Positions 44,144 to 57,020 of a DNA stretch of 64,000 bases are shown here, one piece after another. Source of the DNA: Zygnema circumcarinatum SAG 698-1b (taxonomy: Eukaryota; Plantae; Zygnematophyceae); NCBI GenBank assembly GCA_037447605.1, contig CM074819.1:372001-436000 (forward strand). Direction: 5' to 3'. The notes beneath the pieces are model-generated. The model searched no databases, had not been told where the DNA came from, and worked only from the letters and a program-made list of their open reading frames with translations. Position 1 is the stretch's first letter. Every line of letters begins with the position of its first letter. The position numbers were made by a program, and so were the translations under genes.

Positions 44144-44824
44144 CACGTGTAGGCTAGAGATTGAGTGGAAGCATCTGCTCATTTTTTATCGGTCGAGTAG
44201 CGAGCCAATAGTGATCGACACGTATAAAGATGGTACACGTGTCAACATTTGATTGGCAACAAAGTTCACAGGAACAGCGCGAAAAATTGGTGTCAATTTT
44301 TTTCTGGTTTTTTTTGCGTCAAATTCTGCCACGTGGCACTTTCCTTTGTTTAAGGACCGCATCAACCTATAGTAATCGCCCACGTGTCCTTCAAATTTTT
44401 AAGGTCACGTGTCAGCAAACACTCTGCGACACGTGTATAACCATCCGTCACGTGGCAGACTTTTTACACGACACCGGATCTACTGACGCTACTTGCCAAA
44501 AACAGGATCACAAAACCGTTCTATGCGAACGAAATACGAGAAATCTGTCAGGTTCACGAAGGCAACACATGGAACTGGATTTGAAGGAACTGATTACTGG
44601 ACTGTGACGAGATGTAATTCGGGTTCGGAACTGAGACTGTAACAGAACTAGTTGAACAGGAACTTCAACATGGAACTGCCAGGATGAACAGAACCGATGG
44701 CAGGAGGCAGTCACATGTGCGTTATGGCATGCATGGGATGCACAGATCGTCATACATGAAAATCTCTAAAAGCATCAACATGACATTCGCACGCACATGC
44801 ATGGCATGGCACACATGTCATGCA
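44144..44824 (-). promoter_or_regulatory. G-box/ABRE cluster (7 CACGTG, 44144-44454) and RY motifs (CATGCA, 44728-44824) upstream of the oleosin
   Basis: CACGTG at 44144, 44236, 44330, 44381, 44406, 44430, 44449; CATGCATG at 44728 and 44796; CATGCA at 44819. Confidence 0.6.
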
Positions 44825-45545
44825 CATGCTCCGACATGCCCTATACAATACTGTTGTTGGCACATTCTGGAGTTGGCTAATGTCAAACCTAAAGTTGTCA
44901 CAACTTCTTTTCGTTAGGAGGACAGAGGAGGGCAGCAGACGATGCACTCGCACATTAAAAACCATGTCTGCTAAAACGGTGTGCACACGTGCGAATCACA
45001 GTCACAGTTACAGCACTGTAATAACTGCAACGAGAACCGTCAAAGGAAAGGAAAAATCCGTCAAATTGCAATCATAACAGGACGCTAGTCACACGTGTCC
45101 CTTAAAAGTACGAAATTTCCATTTGTACGATATATTGCGATACAATAAGTTGGACTTTGCCGATAGCCTTTCGTGGTTTCTCTCGCATAAGATTCTCTCC
45201 TTCTCTATCTCTCCCTCTCTCCCAACCCCTCACCCTTATTGCGTGGAAAAAAACTCCAACCCTGAACCCCCAAGGGCCTGAACCCCTCACACCCACTTCA
45301 AATTTCACATTCTTCATCACTCCCTCCTCCCTCCCTCCCCCCTCCTCCAATCCACTCCCTCCACGTCCTCCCTCTATTCGGCCCAATTTCATTTTTACAT
45401 GTCCATGATGTACACATTATACATATACTTTTTCACATTCTCGAGTAGCAAGAACCTCACTTTTCGCCTCCCCGTCATCATATAATGACTTCCCAACGAA
45501 AGAGGAAAGAAAATTGGAGTGAATTTCCACACATATCCATCTCCT

Positions 45546-47262
45546 TCAGACGGTGTACGACTGATGGATGGTGTCCATGTCGATGTTCTTCAGCCTCACC
45601 ACCGACTCCAGGTGGCCTTTCAGGGTGTTGCGCTCCCTCAGCCTGGGGGGGGGGGGGGNNNNNNNNNNGGGAGAGAGAGAGGGAGGGAGGGAGGGAGGGA
45701 TGGAGGGAGAGAGGGAGAGAGATGTGAGGGAGGGGAAGGGGGGCGGGAAAGACGGATAGGGAGAGGGAGAGAGGCCAAGAGAGCGGAAAGAGGGGGAGGG
45801 GGAGGGGGAGGGAAGGGGGGAGAGAAGTTTGGGGGAGGAGGGGCGGAGGGGAAGGAGGCGGGGAAGGGATAGAGGGAGATACTAAGATGGAAGGTGAGAG
45901 GAGGGGAGGTTGTGGTGACGTATTGAACATCATTTTTGGAATAGAAAAGTCGGGCCAGATAAGGACGGAAGAGTGAGAGCGAGGGAGGGAGAGAGAAAGC
46001 GAGCAAAAAGGAAAGAGAGAGAGAGAGAGCTAGAGAGAGAGAGAGAGAGATAGAGCACCTCGCGATCTCGGCTCTCCTGGCCGCCGCCTCCGCTGCGGTA
46101 TGAGCCCCTCCCATAGTAGTGGTAGAGGGTGCGGGAGAGCGTCCTCCTCCTGCGGGAGAGGGTCCCTCTGTGGAGAGGCCGTGAAGGGTCCTCTGTGCGG
46201 TTGCCCACGCAGCCCTCCTCTCGTCGGCTCCGAAATTGGGCTTAGAGGTAAGGGTGGTCTGCAGCGCCCCCCCCCCCAAACCCCACGAAAAAAAAAAATA
46301 TATATATATGAATAGGTAAAGGAACTGAGAGAGGGGAAGGATGATTCCTTACCAATCCTTTTTTTTTAAGGGCGGAAAAAATATATTAGAAGGGAAAGAA
46401 AGTGTTCGTAGATTAATGATTGAATGTAGAAAGGAAGTTAAGGCAAGATAAATGTGAAAGGTTTTTAGGGTTTTTTTAGGGTAAAGGTGGAATCTGAATA
46501 TCTCTTAAACTTTAAAAGCTTATGCAGTTGTGAAAGACGAATTCTTGCGTTTCTTGTTTGATTTTGGAAACGCTGCGATGCCATATAGAGTGAGATAAGG
46601 CGAACCCTAAAAGTTTTTATGGCTTTGTGAGGTAGCTCACGTGGCGGTTGGTAATGAGACTCCACGGGTCTCCGCTGATCACGTAACGGATAGCGAACTT
46701 GATGAGATCGAGTGGAATGAACCACACGATGCTGAAAAAAAAAAAAGAAAAACAAACAAAAAAACCAAAAGAGATTTACATCTGATGAGTAAAACCATGG
46801 CTGGCATTTTTTCGAAGCATTTCGGGGATTTTTTTTTTTTGAAGGGTTTTAAAGAAAGGAAAAGGAAGCACCTGTGTGGGAGTCGACTCGTACAGAACAG
46901 TGATAAGTTCTATATATTGTATGTATATTTTAGTAATTTTTGAGTTTATTAATATTAGGATACGAGCGTATGACCTGTAGAGCCATATGACGCCCGCCCA
47001 GCCCCATCCGATTGGCTGAATTTTGGCGAAACCCCAATTCGCATACACCGCAAGAAATGTCGCAATCTGCAGCACATGGGGATCAGAGGAATGAGATGTG
47101 GGAGGGATAAGGAGGGAGAGAGCAAGAGAGAGGAGGGAAAGAGGGAGAGGAGGAAGGAGGGGTGAGAGAGAAGCGCGAAAGAGGAAGAGAAAGTAAGAGA
47201 GAGCGGGAGCGACAGCGAGAAAGCGAGGGAGATGAAGAGAGAGATAGAGAGAGGGAGAGAGG

Positions 47263-47293
<31 letters not shown>

Positions 47294-50150
47294 GGAGAGA
47301 GAGAGAGAGAGAGAGAGAGANNNNNNNNNNGGAGGGAGGAGAGGAGGTTGGTAGGGGAAGAGTAATAGTGGGGGGTGTAGGGGGAGGGGGAGACGAGCAA
47401 AAGGGATGGCGGGAAAGAGTGAGAGAGAGAGAGGGCAGAGTGGAGAGGGAGAGGGTGAACAAGCAGAGAAAAGAAAGGGTGAAGGAGGGGAAGGAGGAGG
47501 AGAAAAAAATTAAAAGAAAAACGAAGAAGATGAAGAAAAAATGTGACGACAGTGAGAGAGGATGATGGGAGAGAAATTAGGATGAGGAAGGAGAGAAATG
47601 GAGAGAAAGAGGTATATGGAAAGAGTCTGAACGATGTGAAGTTTCATCAAACGAATAGTGCATGCATCCTCCGACGCAATGTAAAGGCGAGAACGGACCC
47701 ACCGTCGTTGAGAACAGCGATAATGAGCGTCATAAAGGGCGAAAAGTCGAATTTCCAAATAAGGGCAATAAGCAGAAATCCGAGCTGCGGAAAATACGAA
47801 ATAAGAGTGAGTCATGCTGGCACTGTATGTATCTCAACACAGCTTGTGGTAGTCTCCCTCTCCCTACATTCACCTCCCGAGCTACAACTATCACACTTCC
47901 AAACGAGCAGCTGAGTGGAGGAGACTCACCACTATCCGAACGGTAATCGAGACGGCGTATATCTGCAAATTCGCAATAAACCCTCCCACAAAAAAAAAAA
48001 TTAACAAAAACAGCAACAGCAAATACCTCTTTCTACTTTTATAGCCTCCGGGGCATCTATCCCCTACGCACAAGCCTTTCCATGCCAGTTAAAGTAAAGC
48101 TGTCCGAAAACCAAGAAAAAAAATTCAAACAGAAAATTGCATCCACTTCAAAACCGAACCCCTTTTCTCGCCAGTCAAACTGGACCTACCCAATATCTCA
48201 TTTTCCTTACGTATGCATTCCCATCCAAATCCTTTGCCCCCCTCCCTCCCTCCATCTCCTGAGCCCTCCCCCTCCCCGCCTTCACCTTCTCCTTCCCTCG
48301 TCTTGGCCCTCCTTCTCCTTCTTCTATCCCCACTCTCTGCCTCGTCTTGCTCGACTCCCCTTTCCCCTCTCCCCTCTCTTCTTCCGCCTCTCCCTCCTCG
48401 CCTTCCGTCTCTCCTTGCCTCGTCTTCCCTCCCCTTCCCCCTCTCCCGCCCCCCCTTTCCCCCACTCCCCCTCCCCCTTCCCCCCACCCCCCTTCTACCT
48501 CGTCCTCCCCCCATTCCTTCCTCTTCCTCCCCNNNNNNNNNNAGGGGGGAGGAAGGGAGGGGAGAGGGAGTGGGAGGAAGGGAGGGGGGAGGGAGTGGGA
48601 GGGAGGAGAGGTAGGGGGAAGGGAGTGGGGGAGGCGGAGAGGAGGAGGGAGGTGGGGGGAAGGAGGGGTGGGGGATCAGGTTAGCCAAAACACCTTATTC
48701 TCTAAGAACAGAAAACGTGCAAACGTCCAACCAGTAAAACTTTCCTCAACGTTTGCTATCCTGAAGATGTAAAATTTCAGGGGAGAAATTGATACGATCC
48801 CTGCCTGAGTGTAGGGAGGCAAGCATTGGGCAGGCAGGGAGAGAAGAAGGAAAGGAAAAACTCCCGTCCCTCCCTCCTCCCTCACTCCCCTCCTCCCCCT
48901 CTCCTCCTTCCCTCTCCTTCCCCCTCATATCTTCACCCACTTGGCCTTCCCTCCCTCCTTCCCTCCCTCCCTCCCTCCCCCCTCTCCCTACCCCCCCCTC
49001 TCTCTCCCCTCCCACCCCCCTTCTCACCTGGAAAGACCCCCGCAAAGCCATCTGCCGACTCTATGAGCTCCTCCACGGGGGCACCCCCCAATGCCGAATC
49101 TCTCCCTCCCCCCAATAGGGCGGAGGAGGGGTACATATTCGTTCCCATTCCCAACCTCCTTCCCGTCTCTTTCGCAATAGCGAGCTGGTCACCTGCCAAG
49201 CAGCCCAAAGGAAACTACTAGCAAATTTGAAACATCTGCTATATAGAATCCAGAATCCATGTCTTATCCCTTCGTTTTCTTTCTTAAATTTCGATGAAAT
49301 TGTGACATTGTGAACGAGTTTGAATTCTTTTTCAAATAGTTTGAGGGGTTTTGAATAGCGTTACCAGTGATCATTTTGACGTTGACTCCCAGGAAGAGAG
49401 CGTTCCGGATGGTTTCCGCACTGTCGTGGCGAGGGGGGTCGAACAGAGGGAGGAGGCCCACCATGTCCCAGGGACCGCCTGGACTGTCCTTGTTGCCCTC
49501 CGGGACCTCCTGAGGGAGAGGGAGAGGGCGAGGGAGAGAGAGAGGGAGAGGNNNNNNNNNNAGGGAGAGGGAGAGGGAGAGGGAGAGGGAGAGGGAAAGG
49601 AAGAGGGAAAGAAAGGAAGGGGGGTGTTAGAAGTGCAGATAGGAGAGGGGAAGGGAGAGTGTGAAGAGTGGGGATAGGAAGAGTGAAGGCAGAGGGGGAT
49701 GGGGGAGGAGAAAAGGGTAGAAGGAGGAGAGGGAGAGAGAGAGAACGTAAGTAAGAGGCTGGGGTAGAGTTCGAGTTGAGCTGGAGTGAGCAAGAAGTGG
49801 AATGGGAGATAGGGAGAGGAAGTGGCAAAAGAGGGAATGGTTGAAGACAGGCAGAGGAGACAACAATTGGGGAAGAAAAACGAAGGAAAAGTAAAAGAAG
49901 AGGAAATCAAGGTGATTTGCGTGAGATATATTTGGTTTCCCATAGGTTACATTCAATATTTTTCCATAGCCATTCGCACCTGTCTGGCCACTCCGAGAGC
50001 GCGGAGGCCTCTCTCTGCGTATTCCGTTATAGTTTGGTGAACTCTCGTTTCCAGCAGAGCCTTGTTCTGAGCTAGTGCCAAAATCTGGACGCAAAACCAC
50101 TTACAATCCATGAAATCTTTGGAACTTCTCATGCAAAAAGCAATAAGAGG

Positions 50151-50226
<76 letters not shown>

Positions 50227-53200
50227 AAGAAAGAGAGAGAACGCGAGAGCGAGGTAGAGAGAGAGAGAGAAATAAAATCAAGATTTCAGCTCGTCCATTT
50301 TGGTCTTTTTCCCACTCTCATTTTGGACAGTCGGACAAGAACCTGCTCGGGAGCTCCTTTGCTCGCGCGGTACATTCGGCCATCTTCCGTTATATATGTG
50401 ATGGCTGTTCTCTTGTCCGTTGGATTGAACGGAAGGAAGTGAACTTCCGTAATACCTGCTCGGGCCTGCAAGGAATTCCCAAAAGGAAAAAAAAATGGAG
50501 AGGGAAAAATGCTTAATTGAGGGGTTTGGTTTGATGCTATCCGATTTCGGAAGAGAGAATCTGAGAGAGGAGGGGAGGGAAGGGGAGGGGGAAGCGAGAG
50601 GACAGTAGAGGGGGAGCAGAGCGGAGGAGAGAGTGCAGAAGAGAGAGAGATGGGGGGGGAGAGAGGGGGAGAGTTAGCGACACACCTCACTCGGGTCTGC
50701 CAACATTCCAACGATGCATGCGTCTATGGCATCCTGATTTTCCATCCGGGATGCGCGCGCAGCCAATAGGAGCACCAACTCCTGTGTGGCGCTATTCGAG
50801 TACACCTGAACTCTCAGCCCATTCAGATGCAGCCCCCATGTTTTTAGAAAGCCTAAACATAGGAGAAGAGATAAGAGGGAGAGAGATAAAGAAAGAGAGT
50901 GAGGGAGAGAGAGAAAGAGACTCGTATTGTTGCAATCTTTCCAACCCCCGTCTCCCTTTTTCTGGCTCGTTTTCTCTCATATGTGCCCTTATACTCCTCT
51001 CTCACTCTCACTCAGCCTTCTGTTAGCTTTTGACAACTCGGAAATGCTCCTTTTCCCCATTCACATCGGTCTCATTCTCGGACTCCCTATTTGCTCCACT
51101 CTCTCCCCCTCACCCCTTCCTCCCTGCCTCAGCCTCCCCGCCCCTCTCCTTTTACCTCTCCCCTCTCTCCCTTTCCTCCTCCCATCCCCACCCCTCTTCT
51201 TTCACCTCTCCCATCTCTCCCTCCCCTCCTCCCCTCCCCGCTCCTCCCCTCCCCCTTTTCATCCAATATCTCCCTCCCCCTCCCCTCCCCTCTCCTCGCC
51301 CCTCCCTCCCTCCCTCTTTCGCTCTCTCAACCCACCCCCCCCCACCCAACTCTCTCTCCCTTCCCTTCCCTCCCTCCCTCCCCACCCTCCCTCCCCCCCC
51401 CATCTCCCTCTCATCTCTCTCTCCCTTCCCTCACCCACATTATCCCTCCCACCCACCCAAATCTCTCTCCCTTCCCTCCTTCCCCTCCCACCCCCCCTCC
51501 TCACCTTTCCCTCCCCCTCTCACCTCAATGATCGACTTGTCGACCGTGAGTTTGTTAAGAGTGAGCGTCCCCGTCTTGTCCGAGCAGAGCACATCCATGG
51601 CGGCCAACTCCTCTATGGCGGTGATGCGTTTGGTGATGGCCCCCTGCTGCGCGAGCTTATGGCTGCCGATGGCCATGGTCACGGAGAGGACGGTCGGCAT
51701 GGCGATGGGGATGCCGCCGATCAAAAGGACGAGGAGGTTGTCGATACCGTCGCGATATCGCCGATGCTGTATCGGGTACATCACGATAATCTCGATACAC
51801 ACGCCCAGAGCGATCGTCACGATGCAGAAGCTGCCGATGGCGGTGAGGACCTGCGGGAGAAAGAGAATTGGGGAGGGGCACGGGGCAAGGGGGAGGGTGG
51901 AGAGAATAAGAGAGAGAGCAAGAGAGGGAGGGGGAGAGAGAGAGAGAGAGAGGGGGAGGGAGGGAGGGAGGGAGGGAGGGAGGGAGAGGAGACGGGTGAA
52001 ACGGTGAGAAGATAAGAGAAGAAGGTTTAGGTGAGGAGCGGCATCGAAAGGGAGATGGATGATATGAGCCCAGAGGAAGGAAGAGAAATTTAGAAAGCGT
52101 GGGAAATGGAAGTGCGTCTGTGAGAGAGGCTGAGAGTGAAGAAGAAGCAGGTGGACGGAACAGAGACGGGGAAGAGAAAAATTAAAAATTGGTGTATGGA
52201 ACGAAGGAGGTAGGATAAATGGGAAAGAGAGAAAGAGAGGAATAGAGAGAGAGAAAGAGAGAGAGAGAGACAGAGAGAGAGACAGAGAAAGAGAGAGAGA
52301 CAGAGAGAAAGAGAGAGCGAGAGACAGAGAGAGAGAGAGAGAGACAGAGAAAAAGAGAGAGAGAGAAAGAGAGAGAGAGAGGGAGAGAGAGAGAGATAGA
52401 GAGAAAGAGAGAGAGAGAGAGGCAGAGAGAGAGAGAGTGAGACAGAGAGAGAAAGAGAGTGACAGAGAGCGAGAGACAGAGAGAGAGAGAGACAGAGGAA
52501 GAGAGAGAGACAGAGAGAGAAAGAGAGAGACGGAAAGAGAAAGAGAGAGAAAGAGAGAGAGAGAGAACCTTCTGGAAGTGGCCCACGTTGTTTGTGGAGT
52601 CCACCAGGTGCGCCGCCTTCCCAAAGAATGTGTGCACCCCCGTGGCGATGACCACCGCCTCGAGTTCGCCCTGCTTGCAGGTCGACCCCGAGAACACCTC
52701 GTCGCCGGCCTTCTTGTTCACGGGGAGGGACTCGCCCGTCAGGGCGGACTGCACCCCTCCCCTCGATAAAGTCACCAAACAGGTCATGACAGTGGGGTGT
52801 ATTCTGATCGTAATATGTCAGAAACTGTGCATCGTAGAAAGAATTGAAAAAGATATATAATACGGAATCAGTGAATAGCAATTAATGGGTTGGTAACGGT
52901 CGCGACATTTGTAGACCTGCCCGTGCCGATTGAAACCCGCTTGATAAAGTCACAAAACGACCACAAGAAAGGGAATAAACTTCAAATGCTGTAAAACCGT
53001 AAGCAAAAAACTGAAAAAAATGTACATAATACAGAGATACATGTAGATGGGTCGGTACGGGGGTTATACTATTACAAAAAAGTATAGAGAGGCTCAGAGC
53101 CTTGCCTGGTCAATTTTGAGGGGGTCCCCCTCCATTAGCCTTGCGTCCGCCGGCACAATATCGCCGAGCTTTATGCTTATAATGTCGCCCGGGACAAGGT

Positions 53201-55432
53201 CCGCCGCCTCTATCTCACTCCATCCGCCGTCTCGGAGGACCTTCAAATACAAGACAAGGGTTTGACTTTTGGGACGTTTTAGTTTTAGCGAAGGACCTTC
53301 AAAGAGAACACAAGGGTTTGACTTTTGGGGAGTTTTAGTTTTAGCGAAGGACCTTCAAAGAGGAGACAAGGGTTTGACTTTTGGGGAGTTTTAGTTTTAT
53401 ATTTGGGCGTCGAGGGCTTTTTCGTCTATGTATAGGTTTAGCTTTTTTGAATTAGGGTTTTTGGTGTTTGGGTTGTCGAGGGTGGAGGGAGAGGAGAGAG
53501 AGTCTGGTGGGGAAGAAATTGGGGAAGTGGGTGTATTTGTGATTACAGGAAAGCGAGGAGCGAGGGGAGAGGGGGGGAAGCGGGAGACAGAGGGGGAGGG
53601 AGGGAGGGATGTTTGGGAGGGAGGGAGGGAGGGGAGGAAGGATAGCCAAAGGGTGAAGGGGAGGGAGGGAGGGAGGGAAGGGGAAGGGAGATTGTTAGAA
53701 GGAGAGGGAGAGAGAGAGTGGGAGGTATAGAGAGAGAGGCGTAGAGGGGAAAGGGAGAGGGAAGGTCACCTTCGCCTTAGGAGCCAGCTTCGCCATGAGG
53801 GCAGCCGCTGCGTTTCCTGCGTTGTTTTCTTCGATGAATGAAATTGTGGAGTTCACAAGAAGTAATAAAACAATTCCTATAAAATCATACCAATCAGGCG
53901 GCTCTCCCTGGGCCAAAACAGAACAAACCATAGGAGGAGAGATTTTAGATACTTCCTTTATAAAGTTTCAGAAAATTTCAAACAGTTCTGTGGCTATAAC
54001 CAAAGTCCCACCGAACTTGGATTTTTCTTTTTTTTTTCTTAAAATTTGAATCCATCCTATTTCGTAATAGTAACCCCAAAATATGTCTCGGGTTCCTTCA
54101 AAGTATCCCCGTCCCTTCCCTTTTTTTTTCCTCTCTATATAGCTCTCTTCCATTTCGTTTTAGAAAAATTGCAGAAGGAAGATGATTCCGACCTGCCCGT
54201 TGGCCAGGACGATGGCCATGAGTGCGGCGGCCTCCATGACCCACGAGAGGGGGTTCCACATGAACCCGAGGAACTTCAAAATCTTGCTCTCCTGCACTCT
54301 CTCTTTTTTCGTTAGTCATCGCTCGCTCTCTCCCTCTCTCTCTCTCTCTCTTTCTCTTTTTTACTCTCTCTGTCGCCTTCTCTCACACACACGCCAACTG
54401 TCTCTCAATTTTTCCTTTAGTCACCTCCCCCAGCTCCCTCTTCTCCTTCCCTCACTTCTCAACTTATCATATGAGGTTTCACCGCCATTTCCCACCCAGC
54501 AGGAAACTCCCTCTCCCTCCCCGCCTCCCTCCGTCACTTTCGTCCTCCTCCCTCGTCCCTTCGACCCCTCTACACTAACTCACCTCTTTCTTCCCTCAGT
54601 TCCCCTCCCATTCACCCCCCTCTCCCCTCCCCTCCCCCACTTCCCTCTTACCTCCCTCCCCTCTCTCCCGCCCCCTCCCTAACCTCCTCCCCACCACCCT
54701 TCCCTCCGATCCTCACCCCTTACCTCCTCTCTCCTCCCCTCCCTCCCTCCTCCCCTCCCTCCCTCCTCCCCTTCCTCCCTCCTCCCATCCCTCCCTCGCT
54801 CCTAACCCCCCCACCCCAACCTCCCTCCGCTCCCCCTCTCTCTCGCCCTCCCTCCCTCCCTTCCTCCCTCCCTCCCTCCCTCCCCTCCCCACCTTCTTCT
54901 CCTCGAGCTTGTTGTGCCCAAAAATGCGCAGGCGCTCCTCCACCTCCCCTTGGGTGAGGCCGCTCCTCGTGCTGCGGAGCTGCGCAAAGACCTCCTCCAT
55001 GGGGGCGCTCTCCTGCATCAGCCCGCCCCTCGATAAAGTCAACACGTCAATAATACGAAGGAAATCAGTCAAAAGAACTTTAAAGCAACCGAAAAACAAA
55101 AACAAAGTCAATAGTATAAATGTTGCATAATAATAATGACAAGAGTAATAATAATAATCATTTGCGTCTTCCAGCTAGGCACAGTCGGACTCTCCCTCTC
55201 CCTCTCCCCCTCTCCCTCTCCCTCTCTCTCTCTCCCTCTCCCTCTCCATATCCCTCTCCCTCTCCCTCTTCTTGCTTAATTCACACAATTCCGCACTCTC
55301 AAACGTTAAAGAACAATTTGATCTGCGCCACGTGACGTGACACTGCAGGCGGCCCCGCCCCTGCGTGTATGGACGTGTACGGACCAGGTCCACCGTCTCC
55401 TGCTGCAGCCCCTTGAAGTCCTCCCCCGCCAT
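45546..55432 (-). CDS. AHA: Plasma-membrane P3A-type H+-ATPase with C-terminal YTV; two conserved segments missing at N gaps
   Basis: Exons encode [230 protein letters not shown]. Confidence 0.97.
53237..53398 (-). repeat. Three 56-bp tandem copies spanning an AHA 3' splice junction
   Basis: GGACCTTCAAA..ACAAGGGTTTGACTTTTGGG..GTTTTAGTTTTA at 53237, 53293 and 53349. Confidence 0.93.
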
Positions 55433-57020
55433 GGCTGCTCGAGACCCCAAGAATCTCCGCTCCCAGAGAGAGTGAGAGAGAGAGAGAGAGGAGGGGGGGG
55501 CCAAGAAAAAGGCGAGAGTGGGAGGCGGAGAGAGGGGGGAGGGAGAAGGGAGGTAGTCCGAACAGTACGATCTTCGTACGAATGACCGCAACGAACAGAT
55601 TTTAGCACCACTTTTAGCATGTAACAACTAAAGTTCCATGCGGTTTCTCAGTCCTGTTTAAAAATACGGGAGATCCATGCTGGTGGAGACCGTTCGTATA
55701 ATGACGTGGAAGTTATGTCGGACGCGTAAAATGTTGTGCCGCGCCTTCAGGTATGTTATGTGGTCTGCCACGTGGCGAGCGCTGAGCGTTCCAGCACTGA
55801 CGTGTCACCGATGAGAGCGATCGCAACTTTTGTCTTTTGTGGGCTTCTCGCGATCTGGGTCCGCGGAAAGCCCAGAGTTCTGCCACGTGGCAGAGATATA
55901 AAAAGCTCACGTCATTATATTTGTCGTTTGTCCACGTGGCGTACTTTAGGACGCCATTGCTCCCAGAATCGCGGAGAGCCGAGTTATTTGACGCGACACG
56001 TGGAATTTACGTCGCGTGACGTAGTGTGATTGGTGGAAAAATCTATCTGTTTGTCGTTTTTCTCTGCCGCCCTGTTGCGCAAAACGGCAAACGCGGCTGC
56101 GGCGGGTCTCTGCAGCCCGGCGGGAAAAAAATTTAGAGGGAAATTTCAGTCAATTGTTTTTTCCTCGTGACAGGTTTTTTCTAGCCTCTGGGCAGCCTTC
56201 TCTATTTTCGTTTTTAGTCCTTTCTAGAGTTTAGGGGCTAAAAAGGACAGAAAATTGAGCGTGGCACCTTGTGCGAGCGACACGTGGACTGCAAATGCGG
56301 AGAAATCAGAGCGAAGCAATTTTAAGGGACTAAGAACGAAAATATTACCGTGCCCGATTTCAAAAAAAATAGGAATTTAATATTTACACACCATTTATTG
56401 CTAGATACACACCGTTTTGGCTAAATACTAAAAACCCTAAATTCCCTAGTGTCCTAAAAACCGTCAAACCCTAAAACGCTTTAAAAGCTGTGTATCTAGC
56501 CAAAAAGGTGTGAAAATAGCCTACCAGAAATAGCCTGGGTTTCCAGCGTTTTTAGGGTTTCAGGGTTTTTTAACCCTAGAAACCCAGCAAATCGGTGTTG
56601 TCCGTACGATTTGGGTTTCAATGTTTGGGTGATTCAACGGCTTAGATCGTTCCACGTGTCCACGATAAAGAGATTTGGCGATTACCGCGATACGATATTT
56701 GACGATACACCGCGAAACGACTTTATATTTACAATGCGATTTGACTTTATTGCGATACGATGCTTAACGATATATCGAGGTATATTTTATAGCTTCAACG
56801 ATATTGTCCGATACGAGTTAGACGGGCGCCGTCGGAAACTTCAAAAACCCGAACTCCCAATCGCAGTTTTCTGTCAGTCAAAACCTATAAAATACCAGCT
56901 GGCGTGGCGTCAGCTGATTGGACGATACCTTTTTTGGTCGTTTTCCTTTGACTTACCAATCAGAGGCGGACTTCTTTTTCTGTTATGGACTTCATTTTTT
57001 TGTTTTCGAACTCTGCCACA

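Noticed and set aside
51030-52881. Long ORFs up to 394 aa (SLSLSL, ERERER, PPPSP)
   Set aside because: Readthrough of GA/CT intron tracts; only the embedded AHA exons are real. The same applies to most long low-complexity ORFs in the track.
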